A DNA stretch of 64,000 bases from Porphyromonadaceae bacterium UBA7087 (GCA_002493515.1 DKYZ01000084.1:9-64008), one strand, 5' to 3'; counted from the stretch's first letter, positions 10,463-21,194 are shown. The notes: generated by a model from the letters alone, not told the origin. Program-made: numbers and translations.

Positions 10463-11770
10463 TTATTCTCTAATGATTCTGGCTCCGATACGGTTCAGAC
10501 GTTCGTCGATTTTCTCATATCCGCGGTCGATCTGGTCGATGTTGTGGATACGGCTCGTTCCCCTCGCCCCCATCGCCGCGATAAGCAGGGCAACGCCGGC
10601 CCGTATGTCGGGCGAAACCATGTCGGCGGCAAGAAGCGAATTGAATTTGCCCGAGCCTATTACGGCGGCACGATGCGGGTCGCATAGAATTATGCGTGCC
10701 CCCATGTCTATGAGCTTGTCTACGAAAAAGAGCCTGCTCTCAAACATCTTCTGATGTATCAGCACGCTTCCCCTCGCCTGAGTCGCCACTACCAGAAACA
10801 CACTGAGCAAATCGGGAGAGAGTCCCGGCCACGGAGCATCGGCAAAGGTCATGATGGAGCCGTCGATGAAGGTCTCTATCTCATGGATTTCCTTCTGGTC
10901 TATGCGTATGTCGTCTCCCTCCACCCGCATATCTATACCCAGACGCCTGAATGTGTCAGGAATGATGCCGAGATCCTTCACTCCCACATTTTTGAGCAAC
11001 ACGTTGCTTCCTGTCATAGCCGCCATGCCGATGAAGCTCCCTACCTCTATCATGTCGGGCAGCATCCTGTGGGCTGCGCCCCCCAAAGCGGTGGTTCCGG
11101 TGATTGTAAGCAGGTTGGATCCGATGCCCTCTATCCTGGCGCCCATCCTTACCAGCATCCGGCAAAGCTGCTGGATGTATGGCTCGCAGGCGGCATTGTA
11201 GATGGTAGTCACCCCTTCGGCAAGAACCGCTGCCATTATGAGGTTGGCGGTTCCGGTTATCGACGCCTCGTCAAGAAGGATATAGGTGCCTCTCAATCTG
11301 TCGCCGACCTGGATCTGATATACCTTCTTGGCGGAATCATATGTAAAGTCGGCTCCAAGTTTCTGAAGCCCGAGGAAATGCGTGTCAAGACGACGGCGGC
11401 CGATCTTGTCGCCACCGGGTTTTGGCAGGATGGCTCTTCCGAACCGGGCGAGAAGGGGCCCTATCACCATCACGGAGCCCCGGAGTGTCTGCGCAGTAAT
11501 CCTGAACTCATCGGTATCGAGATAACTGAGATCTATATTCTTAGCCTCAAACTCGCAGGTATGCCTGTCGATATGTCGTGTCGCCACTCCCAGCGCCTCC
11601 AGAAGCGATATGAGATTCCTTACGTCAAGAATATCGGGAATGTTCTCTATCACCACTTTCTCCGGGGTGAGGAGAACGGCGCATATCACCTCAAGGGCCT
11701 CATTCTTGGCTCCCTGCGGATATATTGTCCCCTCAAGGCGATGTCCGCCCTCTACAACGAACGTACTCAT
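10463..11770 (-). CDS. murA: UDP-N-acetylglucosamine 1-carboxyvinyltransferase
   Basis: GAKNEAL, PGGDKIGRRRLDTH (Asp at the usual Cys position), SPDIRAG and IDRGYE. Confidence 0.95.
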   Translation of the reverse strand: MSTFVVEGGHRLEGTIYPQGAKNEALEVICAVLLTPEKVVIENIPDILDVRNLISLLEALGVATRHIDRHTCEFEAKNIDLSYLDTDEFRITAQTLRGSVMVIGPLLARFGRAILPKPGGDKIGRRRLDTHFLGLQKLGADFTYDSAKKVYQIQVGDRLRGTYILLDEASITGTANLIMAAVLAEGVTTIYNAACEPYIQQLCRMLVRMGARIEGIGSNLLTITGTTALGGAAHRMLPDMIEVGSFIGMAAMTGSNVLLKNVGVKDLGIIPDTFRRLGIDMRVEGDDIRIDQKEIHEIETFIDGSIMTFADAPWPGLSPDLLSVFLVVATQARGSVLIHQKMFESRLFFVDKLIDMGARIILCDPHRAAVIGSGKFNSLLAADMVSPDIRAGVALLIAAMGARGTSRIHNIDQIDRGYEKIDERLNRIGARIIRE

Positions 11771-12360
11771 TTCTTTTTCTTCTTTTTGGCGTTTCCAGTC
11801 TGTGCCGCCTCCACGAAATCAGGCAGGCGATAGTCGGGGGCAAGAAGGATTCTTCCTTCCGACATGTCGGCGAGGTCTGCCGCCACCCTTTCATTGGAGG
11901 CCCCCTCCTTGATGTGGAGGGTAAGAAGTTTCTTCATCTGTGTGGCCACGAGATATATCAGCTCCTCCTTCTCCGGACTCTCGTCCATGGAAGCGACCCT
12001 GTCAACCATAAGCTGGATATTCTTGCCATACTGCCTTCTTTTGCTTATGTTGCGGCTGTAAGGTATCGGATGAGGCACTTTCCTGGTCTCCTCCTCAGTC
12101 ACCACATCGTAAGGGAAGTCGACATCGAGCGAGAATCCCGACATTATGTTGAGATGGTCCCAGAGTTTCTGGCGGTCGCCATGGTCGCCGACAAATTCCG
12201 GGAAGAGAGTGGCCATGGCGTCCACAATCCTGTAGGCGCACTGGGTGCGTTCATCGCGGTCGGATATGCCCACGCAGTAGTCTATCATCTGCTGCACATT
12301 GCGACCATATTCTGGAAGTATGAGTTTCTTGAGATTGGTGTTATAGGGAATCAGTTTCAT
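11767..12360 (-). CDS. DUF4290-family protein
   Basis: YNT..KKLILPEYGRNVQQM and KLWDHL motifs; usual position upstream of murA; start moved to ATG 12360. Confidence 0.85.
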   Translation of the reverse strand: MKLIPYNTNLKKLILPEYGRNVQQMIDYCVGISDRDERTQCAYRIVDAMATLFPEFVGDHGDRQKLWDHLNIMSGFSLDVDFPYDVVTEEETRKVPHPIPYSRNISKRRQYGKNIQLMVDRVASMDESPEKEELIYLVATQMKKLLTLHIKEGASNERVAADLADMSEGRILLAPDYRLPDFVEAAQTGNAKKKKKK

Positions 12361-12382
12361 TTCTTTTGATTTTAGTGTGAAG

Positions 12383-13105
12383 TCATTCAGCGTTGCCTGC
12401 CGAAGCCCCGGCAAGGACTCTGTTCTTTGGCACTGTGGTCTGATACTCTTTAAGATACTGAGGCACTGAATATGCCAGGTCAATGAAATCATTCTCACGG
12501 AATGCCTTTTCCGAGAGAGCGAGCATATCGCGGGCGTGAGGCTCCAGGTCGTCTATCCAATGGGCATCGGCAATCTGCGCCACGCTTTTGAATTTTTCCG
12601 CGCCGTCGCCGAAAAAATAGATCCTGCGGCCAGCAGGAAGATTGGAATAAGATGTTTCGTCGAGGATGAGCGGACCGCATTCAGTCAACGGATGCAACGC
12701 GAAATCATAAGCACACGTGAAAACTTCCATGCGCCGGGCATCGATCATCGGCACAAGCACCTCGTCGCCCTGCCAGTCAAAGCTGCGGAACATTGCCTTT
12801 ACAGCCAGTATCTGCAGTGTGGAAACCCCGATGAGCGGTATTCCCAGGCTGAAGCAAAGTCCCTTGGCAAGCGAGAGGCCGATACGCAGACCGGTGTATG
12901 AACCTGGACCGATGCTCACCGCCACTGCGTCAAGCTTCTCATCTTTACGCTTGAGTTCCTCCAGACATTTCTCCACAAACGGCGCAAGCCTGACGGCATG
13001 GTTCATTCCCTCAGTGTCCTCAAGCTGATATTCCACAGCCCCGTCCTTGGTAAGAGCGACGCTGCAGATCTTCGATGATGTCTCTATATTCAGTATTATA
13101 GCCAT
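12383..13105 (-). CDS. tsaB: tRNA threonylcarbamoyladenosine biosynthesis protein TsaB
   Basis: ILNIETS, GPGSYTGLRIG and IDARRMEV. Confidence 0.93.
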   Translation of the reverse strand: MAIILNIETSSKICSVALTKDGAVEYQLEDTEGMNHAVRLAPFVEKCLEELKRKDEKLDAVAVSIGPGSYTGLRIGLSLAKGLCFSLGIPLIGVSTLQILAVKAMFRSFDWQGDEVLVPMIDARRMEVFTCAYDFALHPLTECGPLILDETSYSNLPAGRRIYFFGDGAEKFKSVAQIADAHWIDDLEPHARDMLALSEKAFRENDFIDLAYSVPQYLKEYQTTVPKNRVLAGASAGNAE

Positions 13106-13136
13106 TATCTATCTGACTTATTCTTTTTACTATGGT

Positions 13137-14717
13137 TTATTCATCCATCACGCCATTTAATGAGGCATGGATGGAATCGACGCATCTCCGCCCGTCGATG
13201 GCGGCTGACACTATTCCTCCCGCGTAGCCGGCGCCCTCTCCTGCGGGATATAGCCCCTCGACGCAGACATGGCGGAGAGTCTCCCTGTCGCGCGGTATTC
13301 TGACCGGGCTCGATGTGCGCGACTCCAGGCCGATCAATTGCGCCTTGTCGCTGAGGAATCCTTTCCTCATGCGGTCAAACGCCTTGAAACCCTCGCGTAG
13401 CCGCTCGGAGATGAAGGGAGGAAGAAGTTGGTCGAGGCGTGCCGGATGTATCCCAGGCGCGAACGACGTCCTCAGCGTTTCTTTCGAGTCCCGCCCCTCC
13501 ACGAAATCAGTCATGATCTGGGAAGGCGCGTTAAGACTGTCGCCGGATTCCTTGAAAAATCTCTTCTCAAGCTCCTCCTGCAAAGCCATAAGCTCGAAAG
13601 GGCCTTCCGATTCGTATTGGGGAAAATCCCCGGGACGAATCTCGACAACCATTCCCGAGTTTGCCCATTGGCTTGCACGCGCTGACGCCGACATGCCGTT
13701 GACCACGCTTTCTCCGGGAGCCGATGCGGCCGGAACCACCACTCCCCCCGGGCACATGCAGAAGGAATAGACGCCTCTCCCCTCAACCTGCGTCACAAAA
13801 CTGTATTCGGCAGCCGGAAGATACTTTCCACGCCCCTCCTTGCTGTGATACTGCAGCCTGTCTATCAGCCCCTGCGGATGCTCAAGCCTGACACCCATGG
13901 CGAATCCCTTTGCCTCAAGCCCCACACCCTGGGAATGGAGCATGCGGTAGACGTCTCTGGCCGAATGCCCGGTAGCGAGAACCACCGGACCCCGGTATTC
14001 CCGGCCATCCTCTGTCCTTACTCCCGAGACTTTTCCGTTTTCCATAACAAGTTCGGTCACTTTGCTTGAAAAATGGATCTCTCCACCGTTGGCCTTGATG
14101 GTCTCCCTTATGTTTTTTATAACGCCCGGAAGCTTGTCGCTCCCTATGTGGGGATGAGCGTCTATGAGCACATCTTCCGAAGCCCCGTGCTGATGGAGAA
14201 GCGACAAGACATCTCCGACATTACCGCGCTTCTTGCTCCGGGTGAAGAGTTTCCCGTCGCTGTAGGCCCCGGCTCCGCCCTCGCCGAAGCAATAGTTGGA
14301 ATCCGGATCCACAATCCCCTCGCGGCTTATCCGGGCCAGGTCGAGACGTCTGGAGTCGACATCCTTTCCCCTCTCAAGCAAAACAGGCCGCATCCCGAGC
14401 TCGATTGCCCTTAAAGCGCCGAAAAGGCCCGCTGGCCCGGCTCCGACAATCACTACTTCCGGAGCATCTGCGGCCACCGGACGGAAATCCACAGGCTTAT
14501 AGTCTCCGCTCACATCCTCGTCGTCGCCCCATGCCACCCTGACCGTGAGGTTTACCTTGACATCCTTGCCGCGGGCATCGATCGAACGGCGGATTACCCG
14601 GAGACCGTTAACCTTGGCAACCCCCTTCAGCGCCTTGTCGCGTAAAGACGCGGCAAGAAGGAGATTCCTGTCGGCGGCCACCTTCGGACTGACTTTCAGC
14701 TCTATATCTTTCTGCAT
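13137..14717 (-). CDS. FAD-dependent oxidoreductase (uncharacterised dehydrogenase family)
   Basis: GAGPAG, FGEGGAGAYSDGKL, FCMCPGG and GEGAGYAGGI. Confidence 0.88.
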   Translation of the reverse strand: MQKDIELKVSPKVAADRNLLLAASLRDKALKGVAKVNGLRVIRRSIDARGKDVKVNLTVRVAWGDDEDVSGDYKPVDFRPVAADAPEVVIVGAGPAGLFGALRAIELGMRPVLLERGKDVDSRRLDLARISREGIVDPDSNYCFGEGGAGAYSDGKLFTRSKKRGNVGDVLSLLHQHGASEDVLIDAHPHIGSDKLPGVIKNIRETIKANGGEIHFSSKVTELVMENGKVSGVRTEDGREYRGPVVLATGHSARDVYRMLHSQGVGLEAKGFAMGVRLEHPQGLIDRLQYHSKEGRGKYLPAAEYSFVTQVEGRGVYSFCMCPGGVVVPAASAPGESVVNGMSASARASQWANSGMVVEIRPGDFPQYESEGPFELMALQEELEKRFFKESGDSLNAPSQIMTDFVEGRDSKETLRTSFAPGIHPARLDQLLPPFISERLREGFKAFDRMRKGFLSDKAQLIGLESRTSSPVRIPRDRETLRHVCVEGLYPAGEGAGYAGGIVSAAIDGRRCVDSIHASLNGVMDE

Positions 14718-14880
14718 TTCTGTCTTGGGATTGATGTTACGCCACGCAAACGGCTTGTTGAAGCCACGCGGCGGCCTTTCTATTTTTGATGCAAAGTTAC
14801 GAATTTAAACCCGTATATCGTTATTTTTGTTTAATTTTGCAACTGAATTTTGTATTATCTTCATTATATCCGCCCTTTAT

Positions 14881-15555
14881 ATGATAGGATCTGTGCCCAT
14901 GATGGGCTTTCTGTTTGATCTCGACGGAGTGCTCGTCGACAGCGAAAAGCAATATACCCGGATTTGGGAAAGCATCAACAGCGAATTTCCGACTGGCGTC
15001 GACGATATGCCCCAGCGAATCAAAGGCACAACCCTCGACAAGATTCTCTCCGAGTATTATCCCGATGCAGAGGTAAGGAAAAAAGTCACGGCCCGGCTTT
15101 ATGAGCTTGAGGCAAAAATGGTCTATGCCATGACTCCAGGCGCGAGTGAGCTTCTCGACAAGCTTGCCAACCGGATAGTCGGGGTGGCCCTTGTCACGAG
15201 CAGCGACTCCCATAAGATGAAGCATCTTTGGAAAGACCTGAAGGATCTGAAGAAATGCTTCAATGTGATAATCGACGCCACGCAGGTGACTCGCTCCAAA
15301 CCAGACCCGCAGGGCTATCTGCTCGCTGCCCGCAGCCTGAATGCCGATCCGGAGGCCTGCGTGGTCTTCGAGGACTCGCTCCAGGGGGTCAAGGCAGGGA
15401 AAGCCGCCGGATGCTATGTGGTCGGTGTCGCGGGGACACTCAAAAGAGAGGTCATAGAGCCTTATTGCGACCGCGTTGTGGACTCTCTTGAGGAGATTGA
15501 TCCGGATGAGATCATCAGCCGGTTGATTACAAGAACTTCAGAACACGACTTTTAA
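14881..15555 (+). CDS. HAD-superfamily phosphatase (beta-PGM-like)
   Basis: FDLDGVLVDS, KPDP and VFEDS motifs; TAATTTTG promoter at 14832-14839. Confidence 0.9.
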   Translation: MIGSVPMMGFLFDLDGVLVDSEKQYTRIWESINSEFPTGVDDMPQRIKGTTLDKILSEYYPDAEVRKKVTARLYELEAKMVYAMTPGASELLDKLANRIVGVALVTSSDSHKMKHLWKDLKDLKKCFNVIIDATQVTRSKPDPQGYLLAARSLNADPEACVVFEDSLQGVKAGKAAGCYVVGVAGTLKREVIEPYCDRVVDSLEEIDPDEIISRLITRTSEHDF

Positions 15556-15559
15556 TAAC

Positions 15560-16846
15560 ATGAATATTCCTCTCGCGGAACGTCTACGCCCGGTCACTCT
15601 CGATGATTACATAGGTCAGACACATCTTGTCGGGCCCGGCGGAATAATACGCCGTATGATCGAAGGGGGGCGCATAAGCTCTTTCATCCTGTGGGGACCT
15701 CCCGGCGTAGGAAAGACAACGCTTGCCAAAATAATAGCCCATACGATTGACGTCCCTTTCTTCACCCTCAGCGCCGTCTCCTCGGGAGTAAAGGAGGTGA
15801 GGGAGGTCATCGAGCGATGCAAGGCGGAGCTGAACAGTGTCTTTGCCAAGGGACGCCCTATACTGTTTATCGATGAGATCCACCGTTTCAGCAAATCGCA
15901 GCAGGATTCCCTGCTCGGAGCAGTGGAACAGGGGATTGTGACGCTCATAGGAGCGACAACGGAGAATCCCAGCTTCGAGGTGATCCGCCCGCTCCTGTCA
16001 CGCTCGCAGGTCTACACGCTGAAGCCTCTCGACAAGGAGAACCTCGAGACCCTGCTTCACCGTGCCCTGGAGAAGGATGACATACTGAAGGAACGGGATG
16101 TGAAGGTTGAATCCACCGACGCCCTGTTCCGTTATTCCGGGGGTGACGCCCGGAAGTTGCTTAATATAATAGACCTTCTCGAGCAATCTACCCCTGCGGA
16201 GGAGACGGTTGTGATCAACGACAAGGCCGTGACTGAACGTCTGCAGGAGAATCCCGCGGCCTACGACCGCAACGGAGAGATGCATTATGACATCATCTCC
16301 GCTTTTATAAAGTCCATCCGGGGAAGTGACCCCCAGGCAGCCGTCTATTGGCTGGCTCGCATGGTAGCCGGAGGGGAAGACCCCGCCTTCATAGCCAGGC
16401 GGCTTGTGATTCTCGCCTCGGAAGACATCGGGCTCGCGGATCCCAACGCCCTTCTGCTCGCAAACGCCACTTTCGACGCCCTTCAGAAAATAGGTTGGCC
16501 GGAGGGACGCATAATTCTTTCGGAATGCGCCGTCTATCTCGCCAATTCTCCGAAGAGCAACTCCGCCTATATGGCCATCGCCGCGGCTATGGAGGAGGTG
16601 GGCCGCACGGGAGACCTCCCGGTGCCTCTCCATCTCAGGAATGCTCCTACCAAGCTGATGAAAGACCTTGGGTATCATGAGGGTTACAAATATGCCCACG
16701 ATTACGAAGGAAATTTCGTCAGCCAGCAATATCTGCCCGACGGACTCGTGAACTCCCGCTTCTGGACTGCCGGCAACAACGCTCAGGAAGCCAGGATGCA
16801 ACAGCGTCTCGACCAGCTCAATGGCATCGGCCGGCAAACAAATTAA
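15560..16846 (+). CDS. rarA: Replication-associated recombination protein A (MgsA/RarA)
   Basis: PLAERLRP, GPPGVGKTT, DEIHRF, ISAFIKSIRGSD and VPLHLRNAPT. Confidence 0.95.
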   Translation: MNIPLAERLRPVTLDDYIGQTHLVGPGGIIRRMIEGGRISSFILWGPPGVGKTTLAKIIAHTIDVPFFTLSAVSSGVKEVREVIERCKAELNSVFAKGRPILFIDEIHRFSKSQQDSLLGAVEQGIVTLIGATTENPSFEVIRPLLSRSQVYTLKPLDKENLETLLHRALEKDDILKERDVKVESTDALFRYSGGDARKLLNIIDLLEQSTPAEETVVINDKAVTERLQENPAAYDRNGEMHYDIISAFIKSIRGSDPQAAVYWLARMVAGGEDPAFIARRLVILASEDIGLADPNALLLANATFDALQKIGWPEGRIILSECAVYLANSPKSNSAYMAIAAAMEEVGRTGDLPVPLHLRNAPTKLMKDLGYHEGYKYAHDYEGNFVSQQYLPDGLVNSRFWTAGNNAQEARMQQRLDQLNGIGRQTN

Positions 16847-16902
16847 GCGCATAGGCGTTTAAACGGTAACACCACTATTCATTTATTCAACTAAGATCAA
16901 TT

Positions 16903-17661
16903 ATGAAGAATCTGTTACTGACCGCCTGCGCGTCATTGCTTTCTACAGTCGCTTTCGCGGCTAACTCCGTGGTAGACTCGCCCAACAATCACCCCTATCT
17001 CGGGATAAGGGGTAGCTTCGACCTCTCCATACCCGGCAGCTATCATGTCGGCAACGCAAGCGCCGACATCTTTGAGAACGGCCCGGGCATAGGACTCGGA
17101 CTTGTCTACAATATCCCCCTCGTGGCCAATCTGTACATAGAGCCGGGCATCGACCTCTATTATAATACGTGTGGCATCGACCTCGGCGATGACGACTGGG
17201 ACGACGACTGGGACGATGATGACTGGGACGACTGGGATGATTGGGATGACGATGACGCTCCCGGCTTCATCAAATGGAGGAACCACTCGCTCCGGAAGTT
17301 CGGAATGCGCGTCCCGGTGCAGCTGGGATACCATTTCGACTTCACCAATATGTTCAGGTTCCACATATTCACGGGGCCGGTGCTCAACCTGGGCTTCTCC
17401 AACGACTACTACCTCACAAGCGAGGAGGTGGCCGGAATCAGGTATCATGAGTCTGGCTCAATGTACAGCGAGGACAACGGCCTCTTCCAGATGAACCGTT
17501 TCGACTGCGCCTGGCGTGTAGGCGTGGGATTCAACGTCCAGGACATCTTCATCGGATTCAGCGGGGATATGGGCATGGTCAATCTTGTCAGGCATAATCA
17601 TGACGGCAAGCTGAAATACAGGGAAAACGCGTTCCATTTCACACTTGGCTATAATTTCTGA
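16903..17661 (+). CDS. Outer-membrane beta-barrel protein with Asp/Trp-repeat loop
   Basis: Signal peptide, amphipathic strands, C-terminal LGYNF. Confidence 0.85.
   Translation: MKNLLLTACASLLSTVAFAANSVVDSPNNHPYLGIRGSFDLSIPGSYHVGNASADIFENGPGIGLGLVYNIPLVANLYIEPGIDLYYNTCGIDLGDDDWDDDWDDDDWDDWDDWDDDDAPGFIKWRNHSLRKFGMRVPVQLGYHFDFTNMFRFHIFTGPVLNLGFSNDYYLTSEEVAGIRYHESGSMYSEDNGLFQMNRFDCAWRVGVGFNVQDIFIGFSGDMGMVNLVRHNHDGKLKYRENAFHFTLGYNF
17188..17256 (+). repeat. Coding tandem repeat (GAY)2-4 TGG encoding DDDWDDDWDDDDWDDWDDWDDDD
   Basis: Read directly from the sequence. Confidence 0.95.
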
Positions 17662-17718
17662 GAGAGGAGGCAATCCCCCCGCACTCTCCTTGACAAGCAT
17701 TATTCAAACCCCATCAGG

Positions 17719-17748
17719 AGCCTTCGCCACATAAGCGGAGGCTTTTTT
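17719..17748 (+). terminator. Intrinsic terminator
   Basis: AGCCTTCGC-N7-GCGGAGGCT followed by a T run. Confidence 0.75.
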
Positions 17749-17883
17749 CATCATTTTTCCATTTTTTAGCCCTTTAATTTTGTCAGTCGAAATAAATGGA
17801 TTAAATTTGCAGAGAAGTCCGTCGGCTCACACTTGACGGAGATCGCGACTTCGAAGTTTCATAATATAAAAAAACAACCATAC

Positions 17884-18960
17884 ATGAAAAAACACAATTT
17901 TTATGCTGGTCCGAGCATCTTGAGCCAGTACACCATCGAGGAGACGGCCAAGGCCATCCACGATTTCGCAGGCACAGGCCTGTCAATTCTTGAGGTATCT
18001 CACCGCAGCAAGGAGTTCCAGGCTGTTGTCGACGAGGCTGTTGCCCTGTTCAAGGAGCTTCTTGAGATTCCCGAGGGCTACCACGTGCTCTTCCTCGGCG
18101 GCGGCGCAAGCACCCAGTTCTACATGGTGCCTTTCAACATGCTCGAAAAGAAGGCTGCTTATGTCAACACCGGCACATGGGCAACCAACGCCATCAAGGC
18201 TGCCAAGTTCTTCGGAGAGGTTGACGTGCTCGCAAGCTCCGAGGAGTTCAACTTCAACCGCATCCCGAAGCTGGGAAAGGATTATACAATCCCCACAGAC
18301 TGCGACTACTTCCACTACACCTCCAACAACACCATCTACGGTACGGAGACACGTGTGGACCTCGACAGCCCCATCCCCATGGTATGCGACATGAGCTCCG
18401 ATATCTTCTCTCGCCCTGTTGACGTATCAAAATACGCCATCATCTACGGTGGTGCCCAGAAGAACCTCGCTCCTGCCGGCGTTACTTTCGTAGTTGTGAA
18501 AGAGGACGCTCTCGGCAAGGTGAGCCGCGCTATCCCCGCAATGATCGACTACCGCACCCATATCAAGAAGGGCTCGATGTACAATACTCCCCCGGTGCTT
18601 CCCATCTACTCCGCTCTCATGACGCTCCGCTATTACAAGCAGATCGGCGGCATCAAGGCTATGGAGAAGCTCGACCTCGAGAAGGCTGCCAAGCTCTACG
18701 AGGAGATCGACCGCAACAAGCTCTTCCGCGGCACTGTGGCTACAGAAGACCGCTCGATCATGAACGTTTGCTTCGTGATGAACCCCGACTATGTTGACCT
18801 CGAGAAGGAGTTCGCTGACTTCGCTTCATCCAAGGGTCTCGTAGGTATCAAGGGCCACCGCTCGGTAGGCGGTTTCCGCGCATCCCTCTACAACGCTCTT
18901 CCCATGGAGAGTGTAGACGCCCTCATCGCTGCCATGAAGGAATTCGAGGCAAAACACTAA
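17884..18960 (+). CDS. serC: Phosphoserine aminotransferase
   Basis: [24 protein letters not shown] and [11 protein letters not shown]; TAAATTTG promoter at 17802-17809. Confidence 0.96.
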   Translation: MKKHNFYAGPSILSQYTIEETAKAIHDFAGTGLSILEVSHRSKEFQAVVDEAVALFKELLEIPEGYHVLFLGGGASTQFYMVPFNMLEKKAAYVNTGTWATNAIKAAKFFGEVDVLASSEEFNFNRIPKLGKDYTIPTDCDYFHYTSNNTIYGTETRVDLDSPIPMVCDMSSDIFSRPVDVSKYAIIYGGAQKNLAPAGVTFVVVKEDALGKVSRAIPAMIDYRTHIKKGSMYNTPPVLPIYSALMTLRYYKQIGGIKAMEKLDLEKAAKLYEEIDRNKLFRGTVATEDRSIMNVCFVMNPDYVDLEKEFADFASSKGLVGIKGHRSVGGFRASLYNALPMESVDALIAAMKEFEAKH

Positions 18961-18987
18961 TCATCAACAAGCAAAAGATTTCATATC

Positions 18988-19905
18988 ATGAAGATATTGG
19001 TTTTCACAGAGAAACCCTTCGCTCCCGCTGCCGTAAAGGCTATCTCCGACGTTATAAACGCTTCGGGCAACGAGCTTGAGCTCGTGGAGCGCGGCACACG
19101 CGACGACCTTCTCAACGCTGTGAAAGAGGCTGACGGCCTTATCGTCAGAAGCGACGTAATCGACGCAGAGGTAATGAACGCTGCCCCCAACCTCAAGGTT
19201 ATTGTACGCGCCGGCGCCGGCTACGACAACATCGACCTCAAGGCTGCCACAGAGCACGGCATTTGCGTGATGAACACTCCCGGCCAGAACTCCAACGCTG
19301 TTGCCGAGCTCGTATTCGGCATGGTTGTCATGATGTGCCGCAACCAGTATAACGGCACCTCCGGCTCCGAGCTCAAGGGCAAGTCCCTCGGAATCTATGC
19401 GTTCGGTCAGGTTGGCCGCAACGTGGCACGCATCGCCAAGGGCTTCGACATGAAAGTCACCGCTCTCGACGTTTTCGTTCCCGATGCAGTGATTGAGGCT
19501 GAGGGTGTAACTCCCCTTCACGATGTCAACGAGCTCTTCTCTCAGAATCAGTTCGTATCACTCCACATTCCGGCAACTCCCGCCACCAAGCACAGCATCG
19601 GCTATGACCTGGTGATGCGTATGCCCAAGAACGGTGTCCTTATCAACACCGCCCGCAAGGAAGTGATCGACGAGCCCGGTCTCATCCGTGCCCTCGAGGA
19701 GCGTCCCGACCTCCGCTATGTCTCCGACATCAAGCCTGAGTCTGCCGAGGAGTTCGAGAAGAAGTTCGCTGCCCGCGTATTCTTCACTCCCAAGAAGATG
19801 GGTGCCCAGACCGCCGAGGCTAACTTCAACGCTGGTGTGGCCGCTGCCGAGCAGTCGATAGCTTATCTCAAAGACGGTTGGAACAAGTTCCAGGTCAACA
19901 AATAA
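18988..19905 (+). CDS. serA: D-3-phosphoglycerate dehydrogenase (short Bacteroidetes type)
   Basis: RAGAGYDNID, NTPGQNSNAVAE and INTAR; directly after serC. Confidence 0.88.
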   Translation: MKILVFTEKPFAPAAVKAISDVINASGNELELVERGTRDDLLNAVKEADGLIVRSDVIDAEVMNAAPNLKVIVRAGAGYDNIDLKAATEHGICVMNTPGQNSNAVAELVFGMVVMMCRNQYNGTSGSELKGKSLGIYAFGQVGRNVARIAKGFDMKVTALDVFVPDAVIEAEGVTPLHDVNELFSQNQFVSLHIPATPATKHSIGYDLVMRMPKNGVLINTARKEVIDEPGLIRALEERPDLRYVSDIKPESAEEFEKKFAARVFFTPKKMGAQTAEANFNAGVAAAEQSIAYLKDGWNKFQVNK

Positions 19906-19930
19906 GCTTGCAGCGTAAGCATTAACACAA

Positions 19931-19965
19931 AGCCCCGCGAATCAAGATTCGCGGGGCTCTTTTTT
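19931..19965 (+). terminator. Intrinsic terminator
   Basis: AGCCCCGCGAATC-AA-GATTCGCGGGGCT followed by a T-rich tail. Confidence 0.85.
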
Positions 19966-20012
19966 CTTATTTTCCTTATTTGCATCGGCTTATGAGCCGA
20001 ACGAGAGAGTCC

Positions 20013-20597
20013 TTATAGATTCAGCAGACGGAGAAATTCCTCACGCATCTGGGGTTCGGATGCGAAACGTCCGGTATAGTCGAAGGTTGTGGTATATGAC
20101 TCCTGTTTCTCCACGCCACGCATCTTCATACACATATGTGCCGCCGTACATGCCACTATGACTCCATCGTTGGGAAGCATTCTGTCGAGCAGACTGCATA
20201 CCTGCGACGTCAGACGCTCCTGCACCTGGAGCCTGCGCGCGAAATTGTCGGCTATGCGTGCGAGTTTCGACAATCCTATCATCTTCCCCTTGGGCAGATA
20301 ACCTATCGCCATCTTACCGAAAAAAGGAAGTATATGATGCTCACACATACTGTAGAACTCAATGTCTTTCACAATGACTATCTGTGACCCGGCATGCTCG
20401 AAGACAGCCTGGGTGGCTATCTGCTCCGGATCCTGACGGTAGCCGGAAGTTATGTCGAGCATGGCCTTGGCTGCTCTGACGGGCGTCTTCAACAACCCCT
20501 CTCTCTCCGGATCCTCCCCTACCAGGCGCAGGATCTCTCTGTAATGTGAAGCTATCTCCTCTACAAGCTTCTCGTCATGTTGCTCTTTACGTGCCAA
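20013..20597 (-). CDS. folE: GTP cyclohydrolase I
   Basis: REGLLKTP, SMCEHHILPF, GLSKLAR, LQVQERLT and HMCMKMRGV; TTG start. Confidence 0.95.
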   Translation of the reverse strand: MARKEQHDEKLVEEIASHYREILRLVGEDPEREGLLKTPVRAAKAMLDITSGYRQDPEQIATQAVFEHAGSQIVIVKDIEFYSMCEHHILPFFGKMAIGYLPKGKMIGLSKLARIADNFARRLQVQERLTSQVCSLLDRMLPNDGVIVACTAAHMCMKMRGVEKQESYTTTFDYTGRFASEPQMREEFLRLLNL

Positions 20598-20675
20598 TGC
20601 GTTTTATCTTTTTTATCGATTACTGTCTGTTTGATATTAGTATAAGGAGGCCTAATCATACCTGTGGCTGCGGCC

Positions 20676-21194
20676 TCATTGCTTTATGACCACAATCTTA
20701 CACTTCACGACCCTCATTTCCGAAGCGAAAGACGGGAACGCCCTCTTGAGTTCGCTCAAAGCCTCGCTCGCCTCCTGCTGGGTGCGGAAATTGCCGACAC
20801 GCGTATACCAGCTCGGTGATTGGGAGAAGGTGTAGACCTGACCACGGTATTTTGGAAACTTTGCAAGCACGGCGCTGCCGCGGGCCTTGGCCCGAGCCTC
20901 AAGCGACCCCTGGTTGCGTCCGTCGCTGAAGACCTGGATTCTATAGCCGGTCATCTTGTTGATTCCCGGCTTAAGATGCTGGTTTTGCCGCTTGGGCGTC
21001 TCAACCGGAGTCAGTATCTGGTCGAGTATCGGCTGGGGAATGTCGATCACGACGTTGCCGTTCGACTCCTCCATTATCGTCGTCACCGGATCATCCGGTT
21101 CCGACTCTGTCTGGGCATATGACGCCGGAATCGCTCCCAGCGATAGTATCAGCATCCATATGCCCGGGCGCCTTGCGCTTGTTAATATCGACAT
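20676..21194 (-). CDS. SPOR domain protein
   Basis: Signal peptide; GYRIQVF and RVGNFRT..EA motifs. Confidence 0.85.
   Translation of the reverse strand: MSILTSARRPGIWMLILSLGAIPASYAQTESEPDDPVTTIMEESNGNVVIDIPQPILDQILTPVETPKRQNQHLKPGINKMTGYRIQVFSDGRNQGSLEARAKARGSAVLAKFPKYRGQVYTFSQSPSWYTRVGNFRTQQEASEALSELKRAFPSFASEMRVVKCKIVVIKQ

Noticed and set aside
10754-11833. Long antisense ORFs (also 9231-10115, 15998-16852, 21226-22032, 23679-24635, 45839-47676, 50372-51286, 59883-60800)
   Set aside because: All lie opposite well-supported genes and lack protein motifs
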